64,000 nucleotides of DNA from Octopus vulgaris (lineage: Eukaryota). The notes under the pieces were generated by a model. That model did not search any database and was not told the DNA's origin. It was given only the letters and a program-made list of their open reading frames with translations. Where the stretch lies: contig OX597818.1 of the NCBI GenBank assembly GCA_951406725.2, forward strand, positions 91,512,001 to 91,576,000, in the 5' to 3' direction. The position numbers and the translations under genes were made by a program. Of the stretch, positions 40,541 to 54,114 are shown in pieces (position 1 is the first letter of the stretch; each line of letters starts with the position of its first letter).

Positions 40541-42478
40541 TTAGGTTATTATTTCCACAAACATTACTTTATTCTTTTCATCGTACTCTCTAATGATGTG
40601 CTATTTTATTAACAGTTTTGGATCGGCGAAGTCATTCATTTGCGATATAGTAATGATAATATTGTCCAGTATTTAATTTCATTATCTAATTTAATTACAA
40701 TTAAACGTCGAAAGGTAAATACAGAATGTAAATTTAAAGACAATATTGAGAGCCACTTACTGACTTAATCGATATTAAATACTAATATAATTGAACATAA
40801 AATATCGTGTGATTGCTTTTCTCGTAGATAATGATGTTGAGGTAGTTGTTTAAGCTTATATTATATTAACGTTTGTGCTAAAGCGTTTAAGATTTTTTTT
40901 TCGATAAATCACTATATTAGGACTTCGCCTACAGACTATCAAGGAATATATCATCAAGGTTTCTTTTAAACATTAGGGAATGTTTTATGAAATGATTCTG
41001 TTCCTTTTCTGATAGGTAATGTATCACGTAATTATTTCGCCCTTTTTGTATTCCTTACTCAGTGGAGTAAGGCTAGCAAATACTGACTATCTTCAAAGTA
41101 TCCAAGGCTGGTGGTAACTCGATACGGAATTCCTTTTAGGCAGGTAATCTCATCGAAATTCTTGAAAAGTAATCGAAATTCTTGAAAGAGTGGAAATATA
41201 CCTGGTATCAGATTAAGTTTAAGACATAAATCACAGGGATTAGTTTTGCAACGAGATTTCCAACTGTTTTTTTTTTAACCAAACGCCTTCAATTGACTTT
41301 AGTTGGCGCAAGAAGATGCTACAAGAAACTTATTAAGTGCATCACTGAAGTGGTTGAATCGAAGCCCGTATTTACAAAGCGAATTCGTACCATTTCTGCT
41401 CCCTATTTACGATAAAACTGATTAAGTGATACGACCATGGCCTGTAAGTGAACACAACACATATTGACACTTGTACTTGGCTGTCCGGGTCTCTACCGTC
41501 CTGATGGTGCTCCATATGTATTTGCTTTACATGGAAAATGACACCAGTCTAAAGTTAGTTCACATTCAGACACTCAGCGCGGCAGATTTCCGTAATGAGG
41601 AAATGTATCATAAAAAACAGCGGTGAATGAAAACTGGTAAACCTACAATTTACATAAACTCCCGTTTTCTTTATATTTGATCTGCAATAATCGCTCTAAA
41701 TACATCAAAACTTAAAAGTACGAAGGAAACCGAGTCTTTCGAAATTCTAATCTTTAGACTTTAACTAATTTGGTATTTTAATCACACACATATAAATGCT
41801 CACAAATAATCACACATACACACACACGAATACACACAAACACACTCACATACAAACACACCCAATTACACTTTGATCTCTTTTTCTCTCTTACATACTC
41901 AACGACTACCAATATGTTGCCCTCTCTATACACATTGGCTCGTTTAAAAACTTCCTATTCGCTAAAACTAATCTCACATTCATGTGCCATGCTATATATT
42001 CTCTATCTTCCCGAAGCTCAACCAGTTTTATACTTACAATGTTTGGGCTTCATACTTTATCCATCAGAAAGAGTTATGCAGGTAATTGGAGCTATCTTTC
42101 TTGGCACATCTCTCCAACAAACCGAAACTCACCGGCCCAAATCTCCAATGTAGTTTCCTCATAACTATACTGTAGCAGTTTTAGGATGAGAACGAGGACC
42201 GAACCCATAGAGGAAGTCATCCACCCAACGAACACAATATTTCCAGGGCCATCATCCAAAGTATTAACTAGCCCTCCACACATTACACACTTTATAGTAT
42301 TACCAATCAACTACACTGGATTCTCTCTTTGTACACTTCCAATCATGTTGAATGTTTAAGAGATACTCCGTGGTCTAATGGCTTGTCACTTGTAATTCCC
42401 TCTGATCGAATTACGCAGATTTGATAACTCCACCAAACCCACTACTTTTCTCGCTCGCGGATTCACTACACACACACA

Positions 42479-42535
<57 letters not shown>

Positions 42536-42974
42536 TTGCAACCGGGTTTAGAATCGCCATCAAGCAAACACACACACGAAGAAAAATGCTACTTCTAGTA
42601 GCTTCAAGTCAATGAGAGGAACCGCGTAGGTTAGTTGCTAGGGTGTTGAACTCATGATCGTAAGATCGTGGTTTCGAATCCTGGAAGGGACGATGCGTCG
42701 TATTTTTGAGCAAAACACTTCATTTCACGTTGCTCCAGGCCACTCAGCAGGCCCAGATGAACAATCCTGTGACTGACCTGCATTCCGTCCTGGTGGGGAA
42801 TATATACGCCATAAAACCGCGAAACCAGTATTTTAGAGTCAGTATGACTCGAGAAGATAACTTTAGTTTACTTTAAGTCAGTGAGGTGATGGGTCCCAAA
42901 AATGGGCATTCCAATCTAATCAGATTACGTGCATTAAAATTATCGTTTGCATTTAACAATCTTTTCCAGCTCTG

Positions 42975-43045
<71 letters not shown>

Positions 43046-43872
43046 CTACGTCAACGTGATATTTGAAATCTCACTACCATTCCCAAAATGTACAACCTCT
43101 GAAGTACTATAAGTTATACTGTTCTTTGTCATTCGAAGATTCTACTAAGATGTGATTGTCAGAATCACACTTGTTTGGCAGAAAATGTATTGAGATGTGT
43201 ATAAAGAAATTTGAAATATATGGGGTCGAGAAATTACGCAACCATTTATATTGAACAAAGGATTTCAGTGGTAATTATTTTATCGATCTTTCTTAGTTAG
43301 GGTAAAAGACGACACTGAAAATGTCTTGAAATCCGAAACTGAAGTAATGTAAAAAAAAATTACACGTAGCATTTTAATACAGCTCTGCCATTTTTGTCTT
43401 CAACGGCTCTTAATAATTCGTTTGGTACCTCAAATCTTTGCTTCAGAACTTAAATATATTTTCGCATTAACGGAAATCAACAGCGTCATCCATACTAATT
43501 CATAAAGAATTCTCTCACATGGAAAGCAACACAAAAACAAGACTTTTAGCTTAACAGGAATAGGAAAATGTTTCACTTAAGTGTTCTTTGTGTTAACCGT
43601 GCTCAGAAACCATTCAGCCTTGTTGGGTCTCGCCTTGAAGTGTGTATTTCAGCTTATTCTCCCAAATAATTTTTTAAAGTAGTTATTTCGCTGCCACATC
43701 CCACGACCAACACCACGTATAATGATCTGATACCTTATAGCAAACTAAGGTAAACAACACTTATTGTCAAGTACTGATAAACCACCACGATGACATTCCA
43801 ATCCACTGTACTTACATATATACATACATATATGCATGCATACACAAATGAACACACACATGCATATATTTG

Positions 43873-43931
<59 letters not shown>

Positions 43932-43943
43932 TCATAATTCGTC

Positions 43944-44322
43944 GTGGCACTCCGCCGGTTACGACGACGAGGGTTCCAGTTGATCCGATCAATGGAACAG
44001 CCTGCTCGTGAAATTTACGGGTACGTGGCTGAGCAGTCCATAGACACGTATACCCTTAACGTAGTTCTCGGTGTGATTCAGCGTGACGCAGTGTGTGACA
44101 AGGCTGGCCCTTTGAAATACACGTACAAGAGAAACAGGAAGAAAGAGTGAGAGAAAGGTGTGGTGAAAAAGCACAGCAGGGCTGAACACTATCCCCTGCG
44201 GGAGCAACTTGGAGCTTTAGGTGTTTTCGCTCAATAAACACTCACAACACCCGATCTGGGAATCGAAATCGCAATCCCATGACCGCGAGTCCGCTACCAT
44301 AACCACTGGGCCATTGCGACTC
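43944..44322 (-). mobile_element. tRNA-derived SINE, head A with tail X
   Basis: Head shared with 46162 and 60655; tail shared with 9820-9990. Confidence 0.85.
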
Positions 44323-44332
44323 TACACACTTA

Positions 44333-44366
<34 letters not shown>

Positions 44367-44381
44367 TATGTATAGGTACAA

Positions 44382-44430
<49 letters not shown>

Positions 44431-44651
44431 TAGTATTGAACAGCCCGCAGCTATAATTGAAAACACTTTCCATGCTCAAAGTGTTTCGCAGCGAGGCTGA
44501 ATCATAAAACACGGTGGATGTATAGAAAATTTCCGAATCACATAACCATGCCTGAGTCTGCTATCTACAGTGTATTCACTCTTTCCTTGCACACAGTTAT
44601 ACGAAAAAAAAGATAGAATTAGTTCTGAAACAATAGATTAAATGTACATAC

Positions 44652-44784
44652 TGTTTCTCATTGACCTCCATTCTGAAGACTCGATCCTGCGGTCATTGTA
44701 CTGGACGCCACCAGCTGCAAACAGCATGCGACAGATCTCTGCACGGCCACGATGGTTGAAGTAGTGGAGTGTATAGGAAGGCAT
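44652..44784 (-). CDS. S-crystallin (sigma GST-like lens crystallin) exon 1
   Basis: Minus strand reads ATG...[44 protein letters not shown]+A, followed by a GTATGT donor. This is the typical S-crystallin/GST-sigma N-terminus, with Tyr8 and RGRAE. 133 nt, ends in phase 1. Missed by the ORF track. Confidence 0.97.
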
Positions 44785-44910
44785 GGTTGATAGTTGGTGT
44801 AGTTTTCGTAAGTGTTGCTACCAAAGAATGGATGTGAATTCAAAGCGATTGATGCTTTTATCCTGCAATGTCAGCGCAGAAATTAAACAACAGTTCAAAT
44901 GTTCAGCCTG

Positions 44911-44918
44911 TTATATAA
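44911..44918 (-). promoter_or_regulatory. TATA box of the S-crystallin gene
   Basis: TATATAA on the minus strand about 127 nt upstream of the ATG, in non-repetitive sequence. Confidence 0.7.
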
Positions 44919-44972
44919 GCAAGCAATTTTAAAATATATCGGTGTAGAGAGTCAATGTTGGTGCACAGACAA

Positions 44973-44994
44973 TGACTAAAAACATGCTGAATCA
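44973..44994. promoter_or_regulatory. AP-1/ARE(MARE)-like sites upstream of the TATA box
   Basis: TGACTAA (44973-44979) and TGCTGAATCA (44985-44994; minus strand TGATTCAGCA) are each one mismatch from the AP-1/MARE consensus. AP-1/ARE elements are described for squid S-crystallin promoters. Confidence 0.45.
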
Positions 44995-45572
44995 CTGAAT
45001 AATTGCCGCATTAACAACTGCAGCAAGATTATAATCTTCGTCCTTGCCATTTTGAAATAGTTAACCAAGAATTTTTTGGTCTTTTCTTCTTTACTTTCTT
45101 CAGACATTTTGTGAAGCTATATTGTTTAATTCTTCCCTGAAGCCGGCTTATTTGTTATCTAGTTATTTATTTTTGTCAAACCAAACCACTGTAATTTAGT
45201 AAACAGCAAATGTTTGCAAGAGAAACAAATAAAATTACAAAAGCTTAAACAAAATCTAAATCATTAAAACTTTCAATTTAATGTATTTATATTTTATAAA
45301 GAAATTTAATTTATAAAAAAGAAAATTAAAGATAAAAATAATTAAAAAAGCACAGACACCAGGGAAATGTATTTCTACATTTAAAAGAATGCTTTTTTTT
45401 ATTTTATCTATTTTAATACTTTACTAAATTCTGACGTCTTATTCCTGACAAACAGGTCCAGTAATGAGTAAATAACTAAAAACAGCGACCTAGACACACA
45501 GTCAATAGTTTTGTAATACGCTATAAAATGCAAATAACGAAAATTGACATTCTTCATATTCGATGTTTCACA

Positions 45573-45637
<65 letters not shown>

Positions 45638-45638
45638 A

Positions 45639-45709
<71 letters not shown>

Positions 45710-45942
45710 TTCTTTTAGTCATTTACTTGTTTTAATCATTGGACCACGAGCATGCATGGGTTTCGTTTAGTCAGGGTTTTGTCTGTCAAATCGACCGCAA
45801 CGATTTCTTTAAAGCATTCAATCATCTTTTTAATCAAACCGATTTAAGTAGACGTAAATAAAAGAATATTGTTTGTCAAGCGTTGGGTATACAAACAGGT
45901 ATACTAGAACGCACGTATACACACGCACGCATATATTATAAC

Positions 45943-46527
<585 letters not shown>

Positions 46528-46551
46528 TATATACATACATAGACAATCATA

Positions 46552-47368
46552 CAGGGTGCGATGGGTAAATTGTCCGCGTGTGATAAATTTACTTTTGCGC
46601 ACTGACTATCTTTGATTTTGTTCACTACACAATATAGTAGGGTCAGATGGGCACTGTTTGTGAGAAAACAGTACCATAACGCAATTCACCCTGCCAGAAT
46701 TTTGGAAACGACATACTGTACTGCTTGGTATTCGCACCGGAAGCTCGAATACGAACATTTCAGAGTATTTGGCTATCAATTTTAAGAAAGTGCAATCTGA
46801 TGACAGTGCAATCTGAAAACATGTACAGAGAGTGATAAAAATAAACCATCCAGTCAATATCATGGTGTTTGGAGTTAATACTAATGATGGCGACGTTATG
46901 GCTCCATTTATCTCTCCACACGGACTCGCACACAACACAGAGTCTTGCATCAAGTACCTGGAGTTGGTAGTGCTGCCCTGAGTCAAGAGGGTGGCAGGAG
47001 AACCCAGTCATGGCTGCCAGATGATTTTTGCGACCGAATCACCCCTAACATCTGGTCACCTAACTCCCCAGACTGTAACCCCCCTTGTTCATTATGCATG
47101 GTGTGCAGTTAAGAGAGAGACCAACAAAATTCCTAGTAGCACCAAAGAAGAACTGAAGGCAAGGATTATGTCAGCATTCACCAACTTAAACAAGGGGACC
47201 ATGTAGAAGACTTGCAAGAGACTCCGAAGTTGACACGAAGCCGTAGCTGAAGCCAATGGCGATTTTATTGAACAAATTTAATTTTGGTAAAAACAACTGT
47301 TAAAATAAGATGTCATTGTTATTTTCATCTTTCCGTTATTTAGACGACAGTTTTTTAAACACACCTTG
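46552..47368 (+). mobile_element. maT/DD37D-like Tc1-mariner deletion derivative
   Basis: ta|cagggtg...caccttg|ta ends. IMVFGVNTNDGDVMAPF...IWSPNSPDCNPLVHYAW (SPDLNPLDY-type motif). Multiple lesions. Confidence 0.75.
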
Positions 47369-47388
47369 TATATATATACACACACACA

Positions 47389-47462
<74 letters not shown>

Positions 47463-48225
47463 CGTGTATATATATATATAATCGGGATAGTAATTTTTGT
47501 TCCCTCGTTCGTTATTGTTCTGATTCTAATTTTTGTTCCTTGTCTTGAAATCTTACAAACCTGCAACCATGTATATATACATGCATGGTTACTTATATAT
47601 GTGCATCTATTTGACGTATATGTGGATGCACAAGTGTGTGTTTCATGCTAGTCTCAGTGAACATATATATATATATATATATATAGGTACATGTACGTGG
47701 GTGTGATTGTGTATATATGTACATGCGCACACGCGATTGCTATGAGCTTTCTTACTCCTTTTACTTTTACTTTTACTTTTTACTTCATTCCCTTCAATTT
47801 TTCCCTTATTTAACGGTTATTTTCATAGCATATTTTAATTGCCTCGATAACTGACAAGATGCCGGTGCACGTTTCCGCCGCGACATGCGAAACTCGGAGT
47901 TTTATCGTTGCAACCGAATAATTGTCACATATTATATTACAAATATATATATGTATATGTCTGTGTGTATCTCTGTGTGTGTGCATGATGATTGCTTCAT
48001 CTTGTGAGATGATAACCGTCCCATCAACACACACACCACACCCCATCACATTGTACAATCACTCCGTTGGTGAGCCCTTAGATGATTTTCGAAACCAGCT
48101 GCTGACTGACAGGGTTTAAAACACAAGTGACATATATTCAAGTTTCTTATATAGTTTTGCCTTTTGGAATGTGAGTGTATAATATATACAATAAAGATTT
48201 TCTATTTATAGAAATGATGTATCTG

Positions 48226-48348
<123 letters not shown>

Positions 48349-48568
48349 CATTTCTATAAATAGAAAATCTTTATTGTCTCCTTTCATTTGTTCTTCCCTC
48401 TCAGAACCTTACAGTAGTCTGGAACAACTGAATCTTAGTCAGTCAGTTGATGGGCTCCACTACCTCAAATGTTCTTAAAATTTAAATCCACATCTTTGTC
48501 TATATATCTACCTTCTCTATAATGTTGCCACTTGATATGAACATTTTTGTATTAATGGAAAAGCTTCA

Positions 48569-48661
48569 TAATTGGCTGATGAGTGCTCAGTATTTTAAAA
48601 CTGCTGTAATACTTACAGCATTTAATAAAATGATGTAGTACGAAACGATCGTACCAAATTA
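48569..48661 (+). ncRNA. Type I hammerhead ribozyme (family 1), intact catalytic core
   Basis: Stem I ttgg/ccaa; CTGATGA 48576-48582; stem II gtgct/agtac; GAAA 48642-48645; palindromic stem III cgatcg; GUA cleavage triplet ending at 48653. Confidence 0.8.
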
Positions 48662-49522
48662 CCGAAGTCATTCTTGTTGCTTATTTTGATTATATATATA
48701 TATATATATATATATTAGAAGAAATGAGGTACTCAGAAATTCGGATGGTTTTATATTTACAGATATTTATTTGTATATTATATGTTTTTATACATCATAT
48801 AACTTAGATCATGTATTAGCACTTTCTCCCATTCTCTTGGGGTTTTCAAATCGAACTAAGTTCCTGTATAAATGGTTTTGACCATTTTATAGTGTTATTG
48901 AGTGTGTAGTGGTGGGGAGGGATGTAAGACAGTACGAGAGGGTGATGGATGGGGAGAAAGTGAGAGAGAGAGAGGGAGCATCTGTGTGTGCATGTGTGTT
49001 TTTTATTTGGAAGGAGTGTTAAAGAAAAAGAGGGGAAGGGAGAAGGAAGAAGAAGAAAAAATGTTTGTTCTGCTGGACAGGATGTTTACTCCAAGGGGGT
49101 CTAAGATCTTGGGGGAAAAGAATTTGAGCTTTGACCATTTCATAGCGTTATTAAATGTGTAGTGTGGCGGGGAAGGACATAAGAAGGTAGACCATAAATT
49201 ATATTTCCTTTTTATCATTGTGAGAGAGTGTGTGTGTGTGTGTTTAATGAGGGGTGGTCAAATGGTTTTGGGGTTTTAGAGAAGAAGAATTCTTTTTATT
49301 ATTGTTTTGTGGAGGTGTACGTGTGTGTGTGGGTGGGTGTCTGTGAGTTTGGAGTAGGGAAGAAAGGAGAAGAAGAAGAAAAAAGGAAGAAAAATAATCG
49401 TGTTGATAAATGCTACACAATTGTAAATTGAAAGATTTGTTCTTTAATATATGATGAGCAAAATTTCATAAGGTCCATATATGTATATATATATATGTAT
49501 TTATGTATATATATATATATAT

Positions 49523-49559
<37 letters not shown>

Positions 49560-50668
49560 CGTATGACGTGCTTCGGTACACGTATGCACGTATTATATAT
49601 ATCTCTATGTATGTACGTGACCACCCATACTTAAGCATAAATATAGGTTGTGTGCATTTGTATCTGTGGTTTGTTGAATCTTGTTTGTATCACGTCTATA
49701 GGATGAGCTTCAGAAAGTAGAAACAGAAAATCTAAAACTAATTTCCTCGCAGAGTTATGTCTCATATGATAACATAATAATATATAAAAGTTACATAACA
49801 CAGGAACATTTCGAAATAATTACGATCTACAACACGACTGTGATTTACTTTTATAAATATTTTGAACAATAAGAGAAGCGATGGCTGAATCTTTAACCCA
49901 GGATCGCAGCTAATTGACTAATAATATGATTATATACACATACATACATACATTACACTTCCACATATATTGGTGTGTATATACCTACATATCACATATG
50001 AGAGTGAAATACAGAGAGCAAAACACCCACAAATAGATATGTATGTTTGTGTGAGTATAATTCAGTTTAATATTTACATTTCATAAATGAAACATAAATG
50101 TAAATGTCTCCAAAGATCTGGTGGGATTCCGCTATTCTTATACATTAGAAATAGTGATTTCTAGCATTGACATAAATCCACAATTATTGGAAAGATCGTA
50201 ATCAGTTATATCGATTCAATATATTGGCTTATATGTATTTTATATAATCATTGAAGTGTAAAAAACAAATGTGACCCTGCTGGGTTATGAACCTATAAGC
50301 TAATACAGCAATGTTATGTCTGGTTAGTATTTTATGAATCTCGCACAACTGGGCAATAATTTTTGTACATTCATTTGTCGAAGGGCGAAAGTGTAATGAT
50401 ACTTGTAATCCTAAGTCTCTCTAAAACATAGAGAGAAAGAGAGACAAAGAAAGAGAGAGAAACATGGAGAAGAGAGGAACATGGTAAAATTAAATTGTCT
50501 CAAGCCGACGGGCTCATGAGTTCGGATTTTGTTGCTGTGCTTTGGCATTTAAGAGCCTTAGAAAACAATTTTCCCTCCATTACATGCCCACTCTTTGAAT
50601 GTCAGCTTCTCCCAGGGTATAATCCATTCAGCTGCTACTGGCATACACTTCTAGTGAATGGATTGAAG

Positions 50669-51509
50669 GGATCTTTACCTTTTGACTTACAGATTAAAAA
50701 AAAAAAATTTTTTGTAACTAAACACTTTCAAACTTCCGACGCTGGTAGAATGTGTCGTATAAAACATGTTTTACTCTTAGCATTTTTGAGAAAAACTTAT
50801 ATTTACGAAGTAATTTTACGTCAAAGCAGTCCTATTTCGGTAATTTCAACCAATCAGTGACGTGTATTCAGCTAAATAAAATCACTGCGGTTCTTTGTCA
50901 ACAATAACTTCCGGCGGTGTATTTTTCATTTGTCACTGTTATTTATGACATCGTTCGTGCATTTGTATTGGTTTTAACTTTAATGTTATAGGGTTAGGGT
51001 TTTAGGGTTAGGGTTTTAGGGTTAGGGTTTTAGGGTTAGGGTTAGGGTTTTAGGGTTTTATTGTTTGGGTTATGGTTTTAGGGTTTTATTGTTTGGGTTA
51101 TGGTTTTAGGGTTAGTGTTAGGGATTTAGGGTTAGGGTTAGCGTTAGGGTGTTAGGTTTAGGGTTTGGGTTAGGGTTTTAGGGTTAGGGTTAGGGTTAAT
51201 ATTTTAGGGTTAAGGTTTTAGTGTTAGGTTTGTCATAAATAACAGTGATAAACTAAAAATACACCGCCGGAAGTTCTTGTTGACAAACAAGGCAGTAATT
51301 TTATTTAGCTGAATACACGTCATTGATCGGTTGAAATTACCGAAATAGGACTACTTTGAAGTGAAATTATTTCGTAAATATAAGTTTTTCTCAGAAACGC
51401 TAAGAGTAAAAGATGTTTTATGCGACACATTCTACCAGTGTCCGAAGTTTGAAAGTGTTTAGTTACAAAAAATTATTTTTTAAATCTGTCGGTCAAAAAG
51501 TAAAGATCC
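50669..51509. mobile_element. Non-autonomous DNA transposon with about 280-bp TIRs, 8-bp TSD and internal telomeric array
   Basis: Termini GGATCTTTAC.../...GTAAAGATCC; flanks gattgaag/tattgaag; arms 50669-50950 and 51231-51509. It interrupts a CORE-SINE. Confidence 0.9.
50989..51230 (+). repeat. Interstitial telomere-like array (TTAGGG/TTTTAGGG and variants)
   Basis: Seen directly. Confidence 0.95.
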
Positions 51510-52667
51510 TATTGAAGTGGCCTGAAATGAAGTTCCTTGCTCAAGGACACAATGCACAGCCTGCACCCAGATTCGACCCTATGATCTAATGATCATGAGC
51601 CATACACCCAACCTATTTCCTCATGTGTTTTCAGCAGAAGCACGAAGAGAGTGTGAAAATTTTATGTTACACAGATGAACAGTAAGAAGGAATTACATGC
51701 TGGATCGCGAAACTAAGAATGACAGTTTGCAGAATGTATTTATGCGACAGAATATGATTCATAAGAGAAGGTGGATATATCTGAGGAAGTTTAGAAAAAT
51801 TATGGGAGAGTTGAAAATTGTTATTGGAGTAAAAACCAATACAAACAACGCATAATAACAGAGAGAAAAACAGGTTTGCTATGTTTGAGCGGCATCTATT
51901 TCTCTCAATTCGAATTTCACTAAATGATAGAATTTAGATTATAGATATATTTGAATGTTCATTTTCATGGAGGTTGCTTAGATTAAGATAAAACGGTAAA
52001 TATATGTTTCGATTTATGAAAACAAATATGAGCTTTGTAAAGAAATATAAAATACGTTTTCACAATTATCATTGCTGGTTGCAACGAAAGTTAAGTCAAC
52101 ATTTTATATTATACCTTTTATATTATTTATTTTATTATTTGCTATGGGAATACGCTCTGTTAATATCCATATGTTGATATTTGTAGGATATTGGATTACC
52201 AGAAATATAGAAAATGAAATCATTGTATTTTGAAGCGTTTCTTTAAGTTCTTAGGTGAAATATTTGCAACGTCATCTAATTCTTCTATGTTTGATGAAAT
52301 GATAATGTCCATCCAATATGTGTGCCTCATTTTTCTGTATTAGAAATCATAGCAAATCTTATAGAAGTTACTGCTGGTGCACGTATTATAGAAAACAGAG
52401 TAACATATGTTATTGCCTTTAATTTTAGAGGTGAAACCTCAACAACATTGATGTATTTTGTAATAAATGCAGAATTATTGAAATAAGAAGCATTCAAACA
52501 TGAGAATAGATTCACTATAAACTTTGCAAGATGAGAGAGAATGAAAGAAGAAAGAATGAAGTAAAGAGGGACTGATGAAGAAAAGAACTCAGAGAGAGAG
52601 AGAGAGAGAGAGAGTGGGTGAGAGAAAGAGAGACAAAGAGAGAGAGAGAGTGAGACAAAGAGAGACA

Positions 52668-52700
<33 letters not shown>

Positions 52701-52943
52701 TGACGTGGCATTCAGCAAAAATTGTATTTGAAGATGAAGTGTAAAGTTATCAAACTTCCTTTAATTCATTTTGAAAAACTTTCCGACGTTTCGTACAATT
52801 TCTTCTTGGAAGAGCTCGTAAAGTATGTATTATTCATCATGAAAGACAAGAGTGAAGATAATACCTGCAGACTTTACTATATATCCATATATCTATATTT
52901 ACATATATATATATATATATATGTGTGCGTGTATGTGTGTATT

Positions 52944-52990
<47 letters not shown>

Positions 52991-53087
52991 AGTTCAGTAA
53001 AAATTTAGATTCAGTTGAATATGGTACTTAAGTTAAAGGCACTAGAATTTAGTATGGTATTATCCATATAATTCAAAATGGGGTGAT

Positions 53088-53583
53088 TATAATCAAAATA
53101 AGCAGCAAGGATATCCAAAGGTAATGCAGTGCGATCGTTTCATGCGACTCCATTTAATTTAACAATGCAAGTATTACATCAGTTTTAAAAGGAAGACCAA
53201 AATTCAGCTGCATAAAAATATAGAATTTAGTAAAATTTAAAAGATTCATTTTTATAGTTATTCCATTAACCAAAATCACAAATAGGGTAAGTAGGTAGAC
53301 AGAAAACAAGTTCCATCAACAAAATCATAGTAGTAACTGATATTTTTTGTCATGAAGTCACTACTTATCATTGATTTTACTTTGTTATTTAGATTTACTA
53401 CTGGGGGAGGGGGAGTTAACTATAAAGATGAATCGTTTAAATTTTACTAAATCCTATATTCTTATGCAGCTGAAGATTGCTCTACATTTTAAAACGGATT
53501 TAATACTTGCATTGTTCAATTAAATGGAATCGCATGAAACGATCGTACTGCATTACCTCTGGATATCCTCGTTGCTTATTTTG

Positions 53584-53589
<6 letters not shown>
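53088..53589. mobile_element. Fold-back of family-1 hammerhead element (arms 53088-53260 and 53417-53589), ending at (TA)n
   Basis: The arms are diverged reverse complements. The tail gttgcttattttgatta(ta)n is shared with 48675-48695. Confidence 0.85.
53464..53553 (+). ncRNA. Type I hammerhead ribozyme (family 1), second copy
   Basis: Stem I atgcag/ctgcat; CTGAAGA 53470-53476; stem II (t)tgc/gca(t); GAAA 53536-53539; cgatcg; GUA triplet ending at 53547. Confidence 0.72.
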
Positions 53590-53629
<40 letters not shown>

Positions 53630-54114
53630 TATATAACAAGTATTGTGATTGTATTCATAATTATTGGTGTGAAATGTTAGTCTGTCTTTACGTAGATGTG
53701 TGACTTTATGTTGATATATATATGTATGTGTGTGTGTATGTGTGCGTGTGTTTGTTATATCGGGCATATTTATGTAATCAATGCAGTAGATATAAAAGCG
53801 GCAAAGTTAACTATTAAACTGTAGATTGAAAAAAATAATGAATCGCTATAACCGAATTTTTAAGTCTTTTAGGATATCTAAATCAGCTTGACTAATCTCA
53901 AAGAACCGTGCAGCTAATCAGTTGATATACTCGAGAAATCCAGTAGTCACAGAGAACAGGAGTACTAATTTGCAACTTAAAGTTTCGTATACTCGTAGAA
54001 CTGACCTATATCGTCAGACATGTATGGAAGTATCCTCTGTGGAAGCCTAATGAGATACGTTCGTTGAATAAACGCTTTAAATTTTAGATCGCATGTAGCT
54101 GAGTTTAAGTGTTG

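Noticed and set aside
50989-51230. True telomere or chromosome-fusion scar
   Set aside because: The array is enclosed by long TIRs and an 8-bp TSD, so it is transposon cargo.
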